Assembly: GCA_000708835.1 (NCBI GenBank) | Contig: DF237142.1 | Coordinates: 88,537 to 152,536, forward strand | DNA: 64,000 nucleotides | DNA from: Klebsormidium nitens | Taxonomy: Eukaryota; Plantae; Klebsormidiophyceae | Direction: 5' to 3' | Shown here: positions 25,449-39,046 of the stretch, one piece after another | Position numbering within the stretch: the stretch's first letter is position 1 | Layout of the letters: the number at the start of each line of letters is the position of its first letter | Position numbers and translations under genes: made by a program | Notes under the pieces: generated by a model | What the model was told of the DNA's origin: nothing | Seen by the model: the letters and a program-made list of their open reading frames with translations, nothing else | Databases searched by the model: none

Positions 25449-28400
25449 ATGGGGAGCGGGGCAGGCCGCGGCAAGTTTAAGAAGGGCCCCACGGGGAGGA
25501 AGAATTTCTCGACGCCAGAGGAAATAGGTGCCCAGGCCATGCCCTTAGCTCTATGCCATTTGCGTCCGCAATCAAAAACCCAAATACTGTAATTCTGCAA
25601 TGTTGCAGTCTTTGTCTGCTTACGGGATGATCTTTTCATGGGTTCAGAACCTATTGGAGTTGTTTGTGGAACTTGGGTATCCGCACTTTTGAAAAGGATG
25701 CAGAGCTTGGTATGCCAAGCTCTTAGAGCGCACTTCTGCATCAATATTGGTAATGGTAGTCTGTTCCGCAGCTTTTTGTTTAGGCTTTGTTTGAGTTCAA
25801 CAGAACCAGAAGACAAGTCTGACTGACCGCAATGACTGGGTCTTGTCAAGGCAATTGCCAGCTCAAACATGATTGTCTGTTTCTTTCTGATTGTTTGTGG
25901 GGTGCAAAAGAGCGCAAGAAGCTGGCCTTCATTGCTGGACCAACTCGGGCAGGGGAAGGCCACAAGCGCTTGTGCACATCCATTTCTCCTTCATTGTACT
26001 TTCAAGGCAATGTCTGGGCCAGTAGAGTTTCTCACCAAGAATTCGTGCGTCTGTCGCCAAAAAGCTCCATTTTGGTTGCTCTTTATGAAAGACTGCGCGC
26101 ACCTGAGTTTTATGCGCACAAGAATCAGGCACTTGCAGGCTTCCCGGGAATTTGCATAGCCTCTTTTTGAGAGGGTCCTTTTGATCGTGCACGAAGGTTG
26201 TAGCATTTTGTTGGCGCCCGTTCTGGCACGTCCTTGTTAGGTGGCAAAACGAGGTCTGCCACCCCTTATGCTTCAACTGCGAGGTAAGGAAGAGGCCAAC
26301 ATGTTTCAGCATGGAAGGCGGAAAAACGAGGACTTAACTGCCCGTCTTTGTCTCTGGGACTCGTTCTGAAATCATTACGCTGCAATTGCAAGCCCCTGAT
26401 CGTGCTGACCCGTGCCAGTATTTCTCTGCAGCGGCCGGTGCCGACGGGCCTCGAAGCGGGTTTAGAAAGAAGGACCCGGTAAGTGTAAAGATGACGGTAC
26501 TGCGCATCCCGCTCCCTTGTTTTAGCGCTGCGCTTGCTGTATAGTCCTGGCGCTCCTCATGTTGCAGCGGGATTTTGACAGTCAGGTGGAGCACAAGTGG
26601 AGCACGAGCATCGGTGGTAGATGTGGTTTTGGCTACAAGCAATCCCAGTCATTCAAGGTTTTGGACTGCCGAGATCGGGTGCCCTCTTCTCACACAGCAA
26701 TGCTCGTTGGGGGGGGTGATTGCCCTGGTGCCCAGTCTAGATAGAAAGCCAAACACGCTGAGCCGTTTGATTGATTTTTGATACACGCTTATCTGATTCC
26801 CCTCAATCGAATCACTCTATATGTACCATACTTCGAATACCTGCCTCTCTTGCTCTTTGCAAAGTCGACGCCTGTTTGCTTCTCAGGAAGAGGTAGAGGA
26901 TGCTGAAGAGGAGGAGGAGGAATCGAGCGAAGAGGAGTCCAGTGAAGAGGAAGACGATGACCAAAAAGAGGTGAGGCGCGGCTGCGCTCTGGCACGGCAT
27001 CAATGTCTCGTGATTCTGGTTGACAAAGAAACGATGGTTGTGACTTTGGAGTATTCAGGCGCTAGCCGGCAACTGAAGCTCTTCGAGCAAGCATCTAGTT
27101 TCTCGAAGTCTGGTTGCAAGAGACTACTGCTTCGAGTAAGGCAAAGGGCCAGGCTTGGTCAGATGCTAGGATCTGTCCGCTGTTTTTCGCTGGCGCATCC
27201 TGGTGCTACCGCTTTCAATCTGGTGTCTTTCCTGAGCTTCTTGTTGGCTGCGAGGTCCTTTGGAGCCCAAGATGACGTCGCGAATCTGCCAGCTGTGTTC
27301 ATGAGCCTTCTGGCCGTGATCAACGAATTGTTTCTGGACAGATTGTCAACTTACATTGAGGTCACTCGCAAAGTATCGTGTTTCGCATCACTGGAATTCC
27401 GAATACGGGAGCCAAGTCATTCTAAGCTATCTCAAATTGGATTCACTGTCGATCTAGCTTTCCTCCAAGGTGCATTCCACACGCTTGCAATCTGCAGAGT
27501 TCATCACAGTTCGTCAGCTTCATGAGCCGATGCCGATGGTGGATGATTTACCAACGAGGGGTTATGGAAAAGAATATACATTTGTGGTTGTGCGAGATCG
27601 GCGGATTGTTTCGCCTTTTTTATGGGCCTTTAGCAGACGAACTCCTGTCCCCTTTTTCGTGCAGAAAAAGGGCAAGGGCGTCCAGAACTTGATAGCCACC
27701 GACAACCCGAACGCGGCCAAGAAGACGACCGTCAAGGCGAAGGACATTGACCTTGCCACGTCGAAGGGGCCCGAGCTCTCACGAAGGGAAAGGTGGGCCA
27801 TGCTTAGTTGTCCCTTGTTTTCTCATCGCGGTGTAGACCATGATTTAATTGAATCCGATCGGGTGTCCTGCGAAAGGTTTCTGAAACCTGGTTTTTGGAT
27901 GCGGGTGAAATAAGCGAAATCGCACAGAGTGAGAATTACAAAGTCAGAATGACTTAGTTTCAGAGGGTTTTAAGAGTGTCAGCCTTCTGGGAACTGACGT
28001 TTGTTTGAATCGTCACGCACAGCTTGAGCAGACCCTGATTTGAGGATTTTTTTCAAGCCGGAAATCACGAGTCACGATCTGCGAGTTACCAAGGGTAAGG
28101 GGTGCGTGTGCTCATGTTACTTCGCTGGTCGAGACAAGCAGTTGAGTCCGAAGAGGACGCAACGAAAGCGCTTTTCTTCTTCAAGTCCCGCAAAGTGGCC
28201 CAATTGAGACTGGCCAAATCTCCCGGCGTATACTCACATGAGGTCCTTCAGGGGCCTCCTCCTTCCAAGAAGACAGCGGGAAGCTCCTCAAGATTAATGA
28301 GAGTACGGGGAAGGACCAGATCCCGGGACATTGAGTTCTTCGGTACTCCAGTCTCACAAGCCCGCCCCTGGTGCAGGGAGGAGCTAGAGAAGCAGCGCGC

Positions 28401-29293
28401 CAAGGAGCGCTACTGGAAGCTGCACGAGCAGGGCAAGACGGAAGAGGCCAGGAAGGACCTCGGTGAGTGTGTTTTGGTAAAAGTACTTTTTAAGAGAGCC
28501 ACGAAGAAAACTGGTCGGGGATTTCTTCATGGGGTAGTTGTTGACGGGAAAGATGCCGTTGTTAAGGTAGCCAGCGGGAAGAGCACTCCGTTCCTTTGCT
28601 AGTTGTGTCTCAGGAGACCATGTTAAAATCTTCCTTTGACAGTCCTCTACAGAGATGACGTCACGCCTTCGCAAGTGGCAAAGAAAGTTGCTGGTATGTA
28701 GGCGTTCAGGTTGTGGGGCAGCGCCTCGCTTCTGCTCATTGGGTTGTTTAGCAAGGAAGACCCCTGTGAACCGTTCCTCGTATGCGGGTGTGGCACAGCA
28801 GGGAACCGTGGGGCATTCTTGAATGAAGTCTTCTGAAAACATGCTGCCGGTTCTTTTACAGAGCGCTTGGCTATCATCCGGCAGCAACGAGAGGAGGCCG
28901 CCAAGAAAAGGGAAGAGGAGAAAGCGGGTGAGTAGGGTTCAACGTACCCTTTGTTATGGACTCACAGATGATGTCCTTTCTTCGCTTCTTGGGTTGTGTA
29001 TCAAGGTGCAGTGCCACGAAGGCCTTCTTACAGAATCAGCATATTTAAATCAGCCGCTGTGGCTGTGTTCCTGCTTGTCGGATCTTGTGAGGAAACGAAG
29101 AGCCAATCGGTGGACTTTCTTAGGATCGAAAGTCTGTGTTACGCATGACAGTCGCCCAATGACGGTGCCATTCGTCAGGGCTGGACCCGCCTGGCCGCAG
29201 CGGCTTAGAATTGGTTGTGCCCTTCGCCTACGCTGACGAGTCTCCTTTTCCTTTTCAGCTCGGGAGGCGAAAGCAGCAGCAACCAAAAGGTAG
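25449..29293 (+). CDS. PDAP1: 28 kDa heat- and acid-stable phosphoprotein (PDGFA-associated protein 1 family)
   Basis: Exons 25449-25527, 26432-26478, 26887-26970, 27665-27792, 28377-28462, 28862-28927, 29259-29293. MGSGAGRGKFKKGPTG...FSTPEEI, acidic tract, GVQNLIATDNPN...[56 protein letters not shown]. Confidence 0.92.
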
Positions 29294-30286
29294 TGCAGTG
29301 GACCTCGTATGATGTGCAACCAAATCGACTTAGAAAGAACAAAGTCTCCTTTATTTACTATGTACAGATTCGTGTCAAATTTTCAGAATGAGTTGCAGTA
29401 CAACCCAAGTCTTCTGCTGTAAATTGTCCTGGCGTCCGCTTGCCACCCTTACTCAAAAATTTGGATGGGATGCACCTTCACAAATGATGAAGCGAAGAGC
29501 TCTCGATATGGCGGTTTGTCGAATGTAAGCCTAATCTGAGTATATAATTCATCATCTATCCACATGCAATGTATCATAATCTGCTGACGGGATCGATGCC
29601 TAGTTGGATGATCGCTTGACCATGATGCACATATATCTCTAACAACCTTTGTGTGCAGTATCCTGGGTCATGCTGCTGCAGCTAGGCGGCCATGCAGCCA
29701 TGCAGCCGTTACATGCATCATGGTATGAGATCACTTTTACTCGCAACTTTAAATAACGGCAGCGCTGATTCAAAAGCTTGTGACCCGCTCGATGTGCAAC
29801 AATCAGTTGTGAATCATTATTCTGCTCGAAGTCCTAGGGCGAGCACCATGCAACTGCAAGTGCTATAACCCACTAACTCGGTGTCCAATGCTTATTCCGT
29901 CAAAAACATGTAACAACAACCGAGTCCTACAGTGATACATTCATCTTTGTTTGGACAACTAGACGCGCATCCAAATCCTACTATAAAACGCATTCTGGAA
30001 GTACTTAGCTTCTAGGGTCCTTCATGCATCCGTGCCTGAATCGACTGGAAAGAATGACTAAACAACATAACTTCGCATATGCTGACTATGCAGATAACGC
30101 TTGAACCAAAAACCTCACATCCTATAAAAGAAATGGCCTCTCAGGAAACATCATTCTACAAATTATCAAGTTTATTGCCCCTCGCTTTCTAGTACCATTC
30201 ACAGGTCTGTGCCTGCATCGCTGACCAGCACTTTTGCGACAGGCGTACCCCAAAGTGTCCACGTTATGTACGACAAAAGGATCCAC

Positions 30287-33200
30287 CTAAGACTTCCTTG
30301 GAAGCGCAAAACCAATGATTAGAGCGATGACGGCAATAAGCAGCACCAGCATCCACGAAATGCCTCCCCCCGTCCTGGCAGGAACTGTCGTTGTGCCGCC
30401 CGATGATGGCGCCTTCTTTTCCAGATACTGATGCTCGTTCGCCTGCAAAATGGGCAGGAAAGGATCAACCACCATAAGAGTCGACCTAACAATGCAATTC
30501 CAAGGCAAAACGAAGAAGATGGTCAAATCCGTGTGCCAACAGAGCTCAATGAGTCAACCGCTATGGTCGTCAAGAGCATAGTCTCCAAGAACAGAATATC
30601 GACTCCAAACAGGCAGAGCTAGCCCTCTGAACCGAAATGGAGAATCCCAAAGGATGCTGTAGCTATAATGATGAAAGGGCCCTTGAAAGCAATGCACAAC
30701 CCTCCGTTCCTTCTTAAAGTCAGTGCATTCTACTAAGAAGCACAGCAAGAGGTTGCAATTCACAGGCTTCCATGGAGCGTAAGCGCGCAGATATAGTTAG
30801 GGGGGCAGAAGCTTCAGATTGAAGGACCCACCTGTCGTGCCTTGACCTGATGATCCACTGACTCCGCTGGTGTGGTAGCCTTCTGTGACGTGAAAAGCAT
30901 CGTCAGTAAGGGGAGAGTACCAGATTGACTGAACCTCCCAGACGTAAAGCCTCAGCAACAGCACTATATTAAACCAGGCAACCAGAGACACCAACAGAAG
31001 CCAGTTAAGCTTCGGCTGCATACGTCTCACCTCAACATGCAATATGCAGAGGAGGAGTATGATTGAGACCAAAGGGATGCCTTTCCAGTGGCGGCCTCAT
31101 TCACCACCAACAGTTCACAGTGAGCCGAATCAGAGACGGGGCCAGTCTTGCATTGCAATTGCGAGGCTTACTTCTGCGAAGAAGTGCGCGTTGCTGTGGC
31201 TTTCTGGCTCCACGGCCTTGGGAGAGAGGCCCTCCTCTGCTGACTCATTGATGGGGGGAGGGGGGGGCGGGGGGGACACGTACACCACGCGCAGCTTGGT
31301 CTCAGTGATCTCGCGCCCGGACTCCTTGGAGAACTGCAGCGGGCGGAAGAGATGTTCGATTCAATGTGCGCACAATCCGTATCTATGTCTAGCTCTGGCA
31401 ATCTATGAAGTGTCCAAGGCTGGACAAGAAGCATGCACCTGCTCCTCCAGTAGGTTGCCTGAACGCACAGTACTTCAATTCATGCGTGCTCGGCTGGACG
31501 CTCTTGTACAACGTGTTATACGATCGAGTTTCAAGCAATTACATTCTGTTAGAAGCCTTGCTACACCTCTGCTCAAACCAAGCGTGGCCGCCTTCAAAGA
31601 GCAAAGCGATGCATTTTTGCACATTTGCCTTTGTGCCTGATAAACGAATCAGATTCATCAGAGCATTCCGCACTTAACCACATGATAGCGCTCCAGGCTT
31701 CGTGATACATACAGCAAGCTCACGGCGGAAGCGCCTGTGAATAAGGCCTCACCAGCTCTGGGGTGATATCTTTTGGGGAAGCGATGTCAGCGAAGACACT
31801 CTGCACCAGGAACTTGTCCTTGCACTGCATGTCGGGGGGGTACTCGCGCTGCGCCTGCATCGTCACTGCAACGAACAGAGTCTGGAAACTTCAAGAGAAG
31901 TTTTGGAGTGAAGTGCAACTGGACACGAGAAAGAGCTCGCTCAAACTTGCAAGTCCTAAGAAACAAACAAAGTTGGATTGCAATGATGACTTGATCCATC
32001 CGGTTTGCACTAAGCACAGACACAGTTTTCCATGCCAACCACTGCGCGGTCGATAAGAAATGTCAGGACCCCAGCCGTTCTGAACACCACAGCACTTGCG
32101 CTTCTTAGCACTAATCACAGCGCATCACACAGAATCAAAAGCTTACCAGTGACCTCGATTGTGGCGTTGGGGGGCACAATCCCGGTGTTGGGCCGCACAC
32201 AGTACTTCTTGGGGGAGGTCGTCTTGACCTGCAACAGAGAGCACCATACGTGCGTCAGGGGCGCAGCTAAAACAACATTCATAGCTGATCAGTGAGCTGC
32301 CTCATCAAACTATCTCTTGAAATGTAGACAACGAATGCACCGCATCTGCCTTGGCTAGGGACTTGACGTCCTTGTCCACCCTGTAACCTTCTGGTGAGAA
32401 TATCTAGATTGATCTTCTGCTGGAGTGCTACGGAATCAGAAGCTGGATTGATTGTCCTCCTGACAATTTCAACAGGACTTACAATGCTTCCGGCAGTCAA
32501 CTTGATAAATCTTGAGGATGATGCTTCCTCCACAAAGTGCCTCACAAGCATGCTGAGGTGCACATACCTCAAGAAGGATGGGCTCACCTTGAATGCGACA
32601 TTCTTTGAGGTCTGATTTTGCAGCCGGAGGCTTGCAGAAACCTGCTTCTTCAGCTCAACTGCAGAGATGAATCACCGGGTTCAGAGGAGTTCCACATCAG
32701 CAGATTGACTTTATGCGGTAGCTATCTGCCCCCTGACAGCTACCAAACCCTAATTGCACCAAAAGAGAGAGTGTTGGATAGCATGACAAGGTTGGATTGG
32801 CTCCACACCATTACCAACTCGTAACTCCACGGGCAACAAGACACATTCATCGGTACCCAAGAGTTTGTCGGCCTATACACATGACTTCTACAAAGCCCAA
32901 GCCCGTGCTCTCCCCTGAGATCTCAAATGCAGGAAAAGGCCAATAAAGGCAACAAAAACTTGAGGGTGTCATCGAAGACGGCTCATAAAAGGGCACTGCA
33001 TGCACAGCTAGTATAGATTTGCATACAGAAGATACGACCCAGTTTCTGATCGCGACTAAGAATCTGGACATGCTTCAAAGGGAACTTATTTATGTCATTC
33101 CAGATTGAGGACATGCATTGACTAATAAATTGGGATTGAAACTAGCAGATCGAAATGATACAAGGGACAAACACATGCATCTACAAGGCAAGGCAAAGCA

Positions 33201-33584
33201 TAATCATAATCAGCAAAGGCAGAGCAGCCATCACCATCATTCTATCCCATACGTGTAAGGCACCAGTCTTTAAGGCGATATGAGCTGAGAACGGGAACTA
33301 GAGAATTACAACATAATGAATCACTTCCAAGCAACATGAATCTGCGAAGGCAAACTGAGTGCTTGCAGAAGAGATGCTCACGATAGATGATTTCAAACTG
33401 ACTAGTAAAGCAGACGCTTCCACCTTACCAGCATAGATCCGGCTGCATCCATCAGCCTTGCGACCCTGAAGAATTCAATCTCAGCATCCAAGCTGCCTGC
33501 AGTGCATGACAAGGACTTGGTTCGGTAATACTCACATGGAAATTTGAGCTCCCCAGGCTGGATGTTGAGCAACTCCGATGGCAT
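30287..33584 (-). CDS. VAP27: VAMP-associated protein (VAP27/PVA family; MSP domain + C-terminal TM anchor)
   Basis: Exons 33584-33536, 32658-32588, 32228-32147, 31865-31753, 31333-31172, 30882-30832, 30442-30287. LLNIQPGELKFPFELKKQVSASLRL...VAFKVKTTSPKKYCVRPNTG...MQAQREYPPDMQCKDKFLVQS; tail TM ISWMLVLLIAVIALIIGFAL. Confidence 0.92.
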
Positions 33585-34342
33585 GGCTGCCCTCAGCCCT
33601 TGCCCTGACAAAATGGCAGAAAGCAATCCGATCTAAAATAATCGACTGCACTCCTGTCACGATCTCTAACTACTTCGATCAAGCTTCTCTGCACTTGACT
33701 GCTTGAATTGCAAATGACTCCCAGCAATTGCTTTTGACCAAGAAACCGCGACCACTGCCCCCGGCAAAATGCTTTTCTCTTGCTCGTGAGCAGTCGTTCT
33801 AAGCAATCCCTCACAATCGCTCCGAAAAGCCCGGGTATCCTTTAGGCAGTATCGGGCCTATTTCACAGCACCGACTCGGGAGAGCCCCCCCTGCTACCTA
33901 CTTGATTACAAATACAACACAGCAAGCATGTCAAAGCCCCACAGAGCGGTGCCAGCGCCCCTTGCTGTAGCCTAATAGGAAGCTCTTGAGACTCAGAGAC
34001 TCGGACAACTCGACTCCGAGTCCCGTGCGTGACTGTCAACGACAACAGAGGGGAGGAGCTTGTCTGCCAAACTTTCATATCAACCTGATTCTTAAACCCG
34101 CTTGTTCTCGAAAACCCCTCACGAAACCATGCACGAAACGCGGAGAAATACTGTCTCCTTGGCTTGTCGTATTAAAGCTCGGTTTAATACCTGCGGATGC
34201 ACTACATAACCAGCCTCGCGCAACCACGGTTAGCCCTGACGCTCTCCGAGTTCAATGCATGGTGGTGGAGTGACCTGGATTCGGTGTTGTTCTGCCGCAA
34301 CACTCGAGAGTCACTAGGACTCGGAGCTCTGTAAAATTGTAG

Positions 34343-34541
34343 TACCGTACTGCTTTTTAATTTCGGCGAAAAATAAATAATAATTATTTGGCCTGCTGAA
34401 AATTTTGAATAATTATCCAAGGGCGATAATGGTCGATAACGGTTGTTTTTAGCAGGTAACGCTGGGTCTGCCGAAAGTCTCAAACGTTTCATAATTAACT
34501 ATTTTGCGTCGAAGGTGCCGATATTAAAAAGCAGTACGGTA
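34343..34541. mobile_element. MITE-like element (TA-flanked, probably Tc1/mariner-type) between the divergent VAP and SNF7 genes
   Basis: Perfect 19-bp TIR TACCGTACTGCTTTTTAAT / ATTAAAAAGCAGTACGGTA (25 bp with 1 mismatch); AT-rich non-coding interior. Confidence 0.75.
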
Positions 34542-34882
34542 GTACCTTGAACGGAAGGGAGGAAAGCCCCCAGCGTCTACTAAAACGTGGGAGTAAAGCC
34601 TCAGCCTCTCACTGGCGCCTCAACTTCATGAATAGCACGTCACGTCTTGCTTCTTTCTGACTCCTACAAAATCTTTGTTTGGAGAAATCTTCCAGAGGGC
34701 TTGCAGTTTAGGCGGCGATTGGTTTAGACGCACAAACAAGCAGACGAGCAACCAAGGGATCTGGGGGCTCATACCTGCGGCAGCCAACTCATTCAGCGGA
34801 TTCTTTGGTTCATCTGATCAGTACATAGTCTGCAATCAATTTTCACTCTGTTAAAAGGCGAACAAGGGCAAATAGAGTACAG

Positions 34883-37800
34883 ATGGCTGGAAACATGTTT
34901 GGCCGGTTGTTTGGAAAACCCAAGGAGGAGGTTTCTCCTTTGAGTACTCTAGAAAAACTCAACGAGGTGAGCATGACGAGTTTGTAGGCGATGGCTTGTG
35001 GTGAACACTTGCCGTCTTCGGATTTAACGACTCTGTGCCTTGATCAACCTAGGTCATCAGTTGGTCTGTGGTCGAGTCTTCTTAGGATGGACTTTGAGAA
35101 GGCATTTCATTTCAGAAAGAAGGTGCACCCACTTATGTTTGCTCGTAGTCCCAAAAGAGGTCACGAACACCCCTCATTATAAATGCTCATAGATTTGGTT
35201 GGCCCATCCAGAAAGGCTGATCCTCCGTCTTGGGAAATGGCAAAGTGTTCTGGCAGGCTGACTCCATAAGCTCTGAGATTTTGGTGGTTTGGGGCAGAGT
35301 GTTGGGAAGTCCGAAGAGGTTGTTTTGTTCTGCACGTTTGCTCAGAACATTTTTGTTGCACCAGCCAGCTCATGCACGTGCTACTTTCAGATTGTGCCTT
35401 TGACAAGAGCCAGATGCTTCTTGGTGGCCAGATTTCGCAGTTGAGGCCATGCAGGGCAGTCTCTGAATTGCTTCATTGTTGTATGTCATTTTGGTTTTAG
35501 GGTTTGTCCAAGCCTTGCTGTGATTCAGAAGCCCCACTCAGTTTATGCAGATGACACAGGAGACGAATTTGTTCTAAGTATGCCTGTCTGTATGTTAATG
35601 TTCCTCGTGTTGAGAAACTATGTTGCAATTGAATCGTGATAAAACGTGTAAAGATAGATCGAGTTGATATGTTCAGACTGCAGCTCCATTTACAATGTGT
35701 CCTTGTTGCTTGGCTGTAAGTATTGTGGTCTCAAGCGGGACTCTGCTGACTTTTATTTGCTATTACTTGCAGACATTAGAGATGCTGGAAAAGAAGGAGA
35801 ACCTGATGCAGAAAAAGATTGCACAGGAGATGGAGAAGGCAAAGGAGTTCACACGGGCGAAGAATAAGAGGGGTGAGAATGCTGCGCCTGCTCGATGGTT
35901 GGAAGTCCTGTGCTCAGACAGTGCAGAGTTCTGAGCACTGATTTCTGCTCAGAGTCAAGTGGTTCATTGCTATCTGGGGTCAATACTTGCAATTGTGTAT
36001 ACAGGCTGCTCAGCTTTGAGCTGTAGAATTCTGTTTCTTTTTACGTGAAGTTATCAATCTGTCGAAGCTTGAATATTAGCTCAGCAGTGTACGCAAGGCC
36101 TTTATGCATGCGCTGATGGAAAAACTTCTGCTCATGAGATGGATAGCCAAGGCCAGCTTTTAGAAGTAACCTTGTTACATCTCTTTGACTTGCATAAGCC
36201 ACTGTGACTGCGTTTGTTTAACGAGGACATCTTTTGCGCCCTTGTCACATTTTTCATGTTACTTTCGGTTACTCAACTCCGATCATCTCAGCCAGCAAGT
36301 TATGTGAGCCTGAAAGACCTGTGTCCCTCCTACCTGCCCACTCAATAGAACATTTGTCTGTGTCATGAGGTACCTGTGACCCCGTTATGTGTACCTTTTA
36401 AAGAAGAGTTCTAAGATCAGACACTGACACGAGAACGACCCGGAGACAACCGTAGTAGTTTGAAGTGGGTACACTACAAACACTCCTATGTTAACGCCCC
36501 CGTCACTTTCCGGTTCCAAGAGTTGTTGCTGTCCGGCGCGTACATCATTTGATTATGACTATGATCATGGGACCAGGTCGGAGGGCAACGATATTGAGCC
36601 TGCGTTTTTTGGCGAAGTTAATAGCCAGTTCTGGTCCCACCATCGGTATTGACGGTGCCTGGTTTTGTTGCAGCGGCTATACAATGTCTGAAGAGGAAGA
36701 AACTGTATGAGCAACAAGTAGAGCAGCTAGCAAACAACCAGCTTCGGATTCAAGATCAGGTGAGGCGCTCTTGCCCCATCAAGCTGTCCCTTTCTGCAAT
36801 TTAAATTTTCTGGAATTGGTATGTTATGTAGTCGCTGGACCGTGTGCGCCAAGGACAGCTGTGGAAGATTGCTTTCTTTGTCGGGTTGACATGTGGTTGA
36901 GCCGCATCTACGAGGTTCTCAACCTCGTCTTTGTGAATGCAAGTTGGGAATTTCCAGGTCCGCCTAGTCTTCCTCGTCTTACATGTTTAGATTCATCGGT
37001 GCAAACTGTAGACTCCTGGGACGTTGTCCGGAATCTTTTGTGTTTGTCAGATTCACCGTCCACAAATGCAGATTTACTGTGCACTACTCGGATCTACTGT
37101 CCACAATCTGCCTCATGTGAAATGGAAGCCGTTAATCAGACAGGCTAGTCTGGTTCAAAAGAACAGCACCTGAGGTACAGCCTGGTTTTTGTCGGCTCGT
37201 GAAGTCGTCCCCGTTGGCGCCTGTGCCCAGATGATCATGTTGGAGAGCGCCAAGGTGACGACGGAGACGGTGGATGCGCTGCGGAGTGGGGCGCAGGCGA
37301 TGCGGGCGCAGCTCAAGACGACCAAGATTGATGACGTGGACAAGACCATGGACGAAATTAACGAGTCGACTGAGGACATGAAGGCCATCCAGGAAGCGCT
37401 GGCGAATCCTGTGGGCGGCATGGCCGAGTTTGATGACGTGAGCGCGCGCACCCGTTTAGCATCCCATCCTTAGTGTGTTGCGACAGAAGAGCGTGTGGAT
37501 GTTCAGGGTTTTTTTTCGTGTGAGCTGGGAGGATTCACTCAGGGTGTCGTTTATTCAGTCCTGAATTTTATGTGTGCTGGGTCGTGTCCTGGATTGTTTG
37601 ACAGTATTATGCCCTGAGTCGGGTTTCTACTAGCTTGTGGTTTCTCGAATACCCGGGGCCACCGTGTATCGTGCAAACAGTCGACTTTTCTCCGGAGCAT
37701 TTTACAAACCCACAAATTGCAGATCCGAGGGCGATGGGCATGCATGGCTTGTCCAGAGCCATTTCAGAAGCACATGTTCTTTTCGGAGGGGTGTTAGAAA

Positions 37801-39046
37801 TGTCGGAAATGCCGCATGGGTGATCAGTGGGTTTGGCTTTGTGTTTAAACACTCTGGACTCCTCTCCCTGCCTTTCGTTGGTTCCACACGGGAGTTTTCG
37901 CTCCTTTCTTATGCTTGGTAAGCGGGCAGCTAACCGTCTTTGAAGCATACCAGCCCGGTCGAAGGGCAGCAGCTGAGCTGCTGCTCATTTTCGATTAATT
38001 GCCTGTTTGCTGGATTCCCTGCTTCAAATGAAGCTCTCTCAACTCTGGCCTGAGCTTGCCAACAACACACCCTCTCTTCTTTTGAGTATGAACGAACTGT
38101 TCGTCCAAGCCGACCTTGTCATTGACAGACGATTCAATCGCTGACGTTGGTTTGTGTCCCCCCGCAGGACGACCTGTTGACCGAGCTGGAGGAGTTGGAG
38201 GGCCAGGAGCTGGACGAGCAGCTGCTAGCGCCCTCGACCGCCGCGCCCGCCACGCACCTCCCCTCCGTGCCCACCGCCAGGGTGCCCGCACAAGTGAGCC
38301 GCCCCGTCGATACACGCTCTTTCGTTCTGCGTACAGTACCAGCCAACTGACCCACCACAGTATCTGTCAGACTCCATGGTTGGAGTGTGTACTTCTGCGT
38401 TGGCTGTCGGGATAGAGACAAATTGGCTACTCGGTTAACGATAAAATCCGTGGGACCGGCTCGTGGAACCACCGATCTAGGGCGGCAAAGCGGTCCCCCA
38501 GAAGGAAGGACCGGAGCTTTTCTCGATTCCCGCCTCTCTCAGAAGCGCTTTGAAAGCGACGAGGGGCGGACAGATATTGGCGCACTGGTACCGTAGGAAC
38601 AGTCAAAAAGGTGTTTCTGATCCGACCAAGTGAGCAATCCTCGATAATGAAATTGAGAAAGGCCACCATATCTGTGTTTTGATCTTGAGTTCAGTCCTCT
38701 ACATTGAGCGCCTCCTTTTTGAAACTTTTCCAACGGGAAAGTTGGATTTTGTTCTGATGGCTCTGAAAGTTGAAAGTGAAGACGAGGCGGTGACTTGAGA
38801 AAGGGTCGGTTTGAAGTAGGTACCAGGTTTACACGACCTTGCGCGCCCATACTTGGAGCAACGGTCTTGCGTCAATGACATTCTCAGGAGTGAAGGTCTC
38901 AGCCTCCCATAGAAGAGCATCGTGTGTGCTAATACAGATGCTTTCTGACGGCAACCCTATTTGCTTTTCAGGCCGGCAAAGCGCAGCCCGTACGAACCGA
39001 AGAGGACGACGAATTAGCAGCCCTTCAAGCGGAGATGGCACTATAG
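34883..39046 (+). CDS. SNF7: ESCRT-III subunit SNF7/VPS32 (CHMP4)
   Basis: Exons 34883-34966, 35773-35872, 36674-36759, 37231-37437, 38168-38293, 38972-39046. MFGRLFGKPK...LEKLNETLEMLEKKE...AKNKRAAIQCLKRKKLYEQQ...IDDVDKTMDEINE...DDELAALQAEMAL*. Confidence 0.95.
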
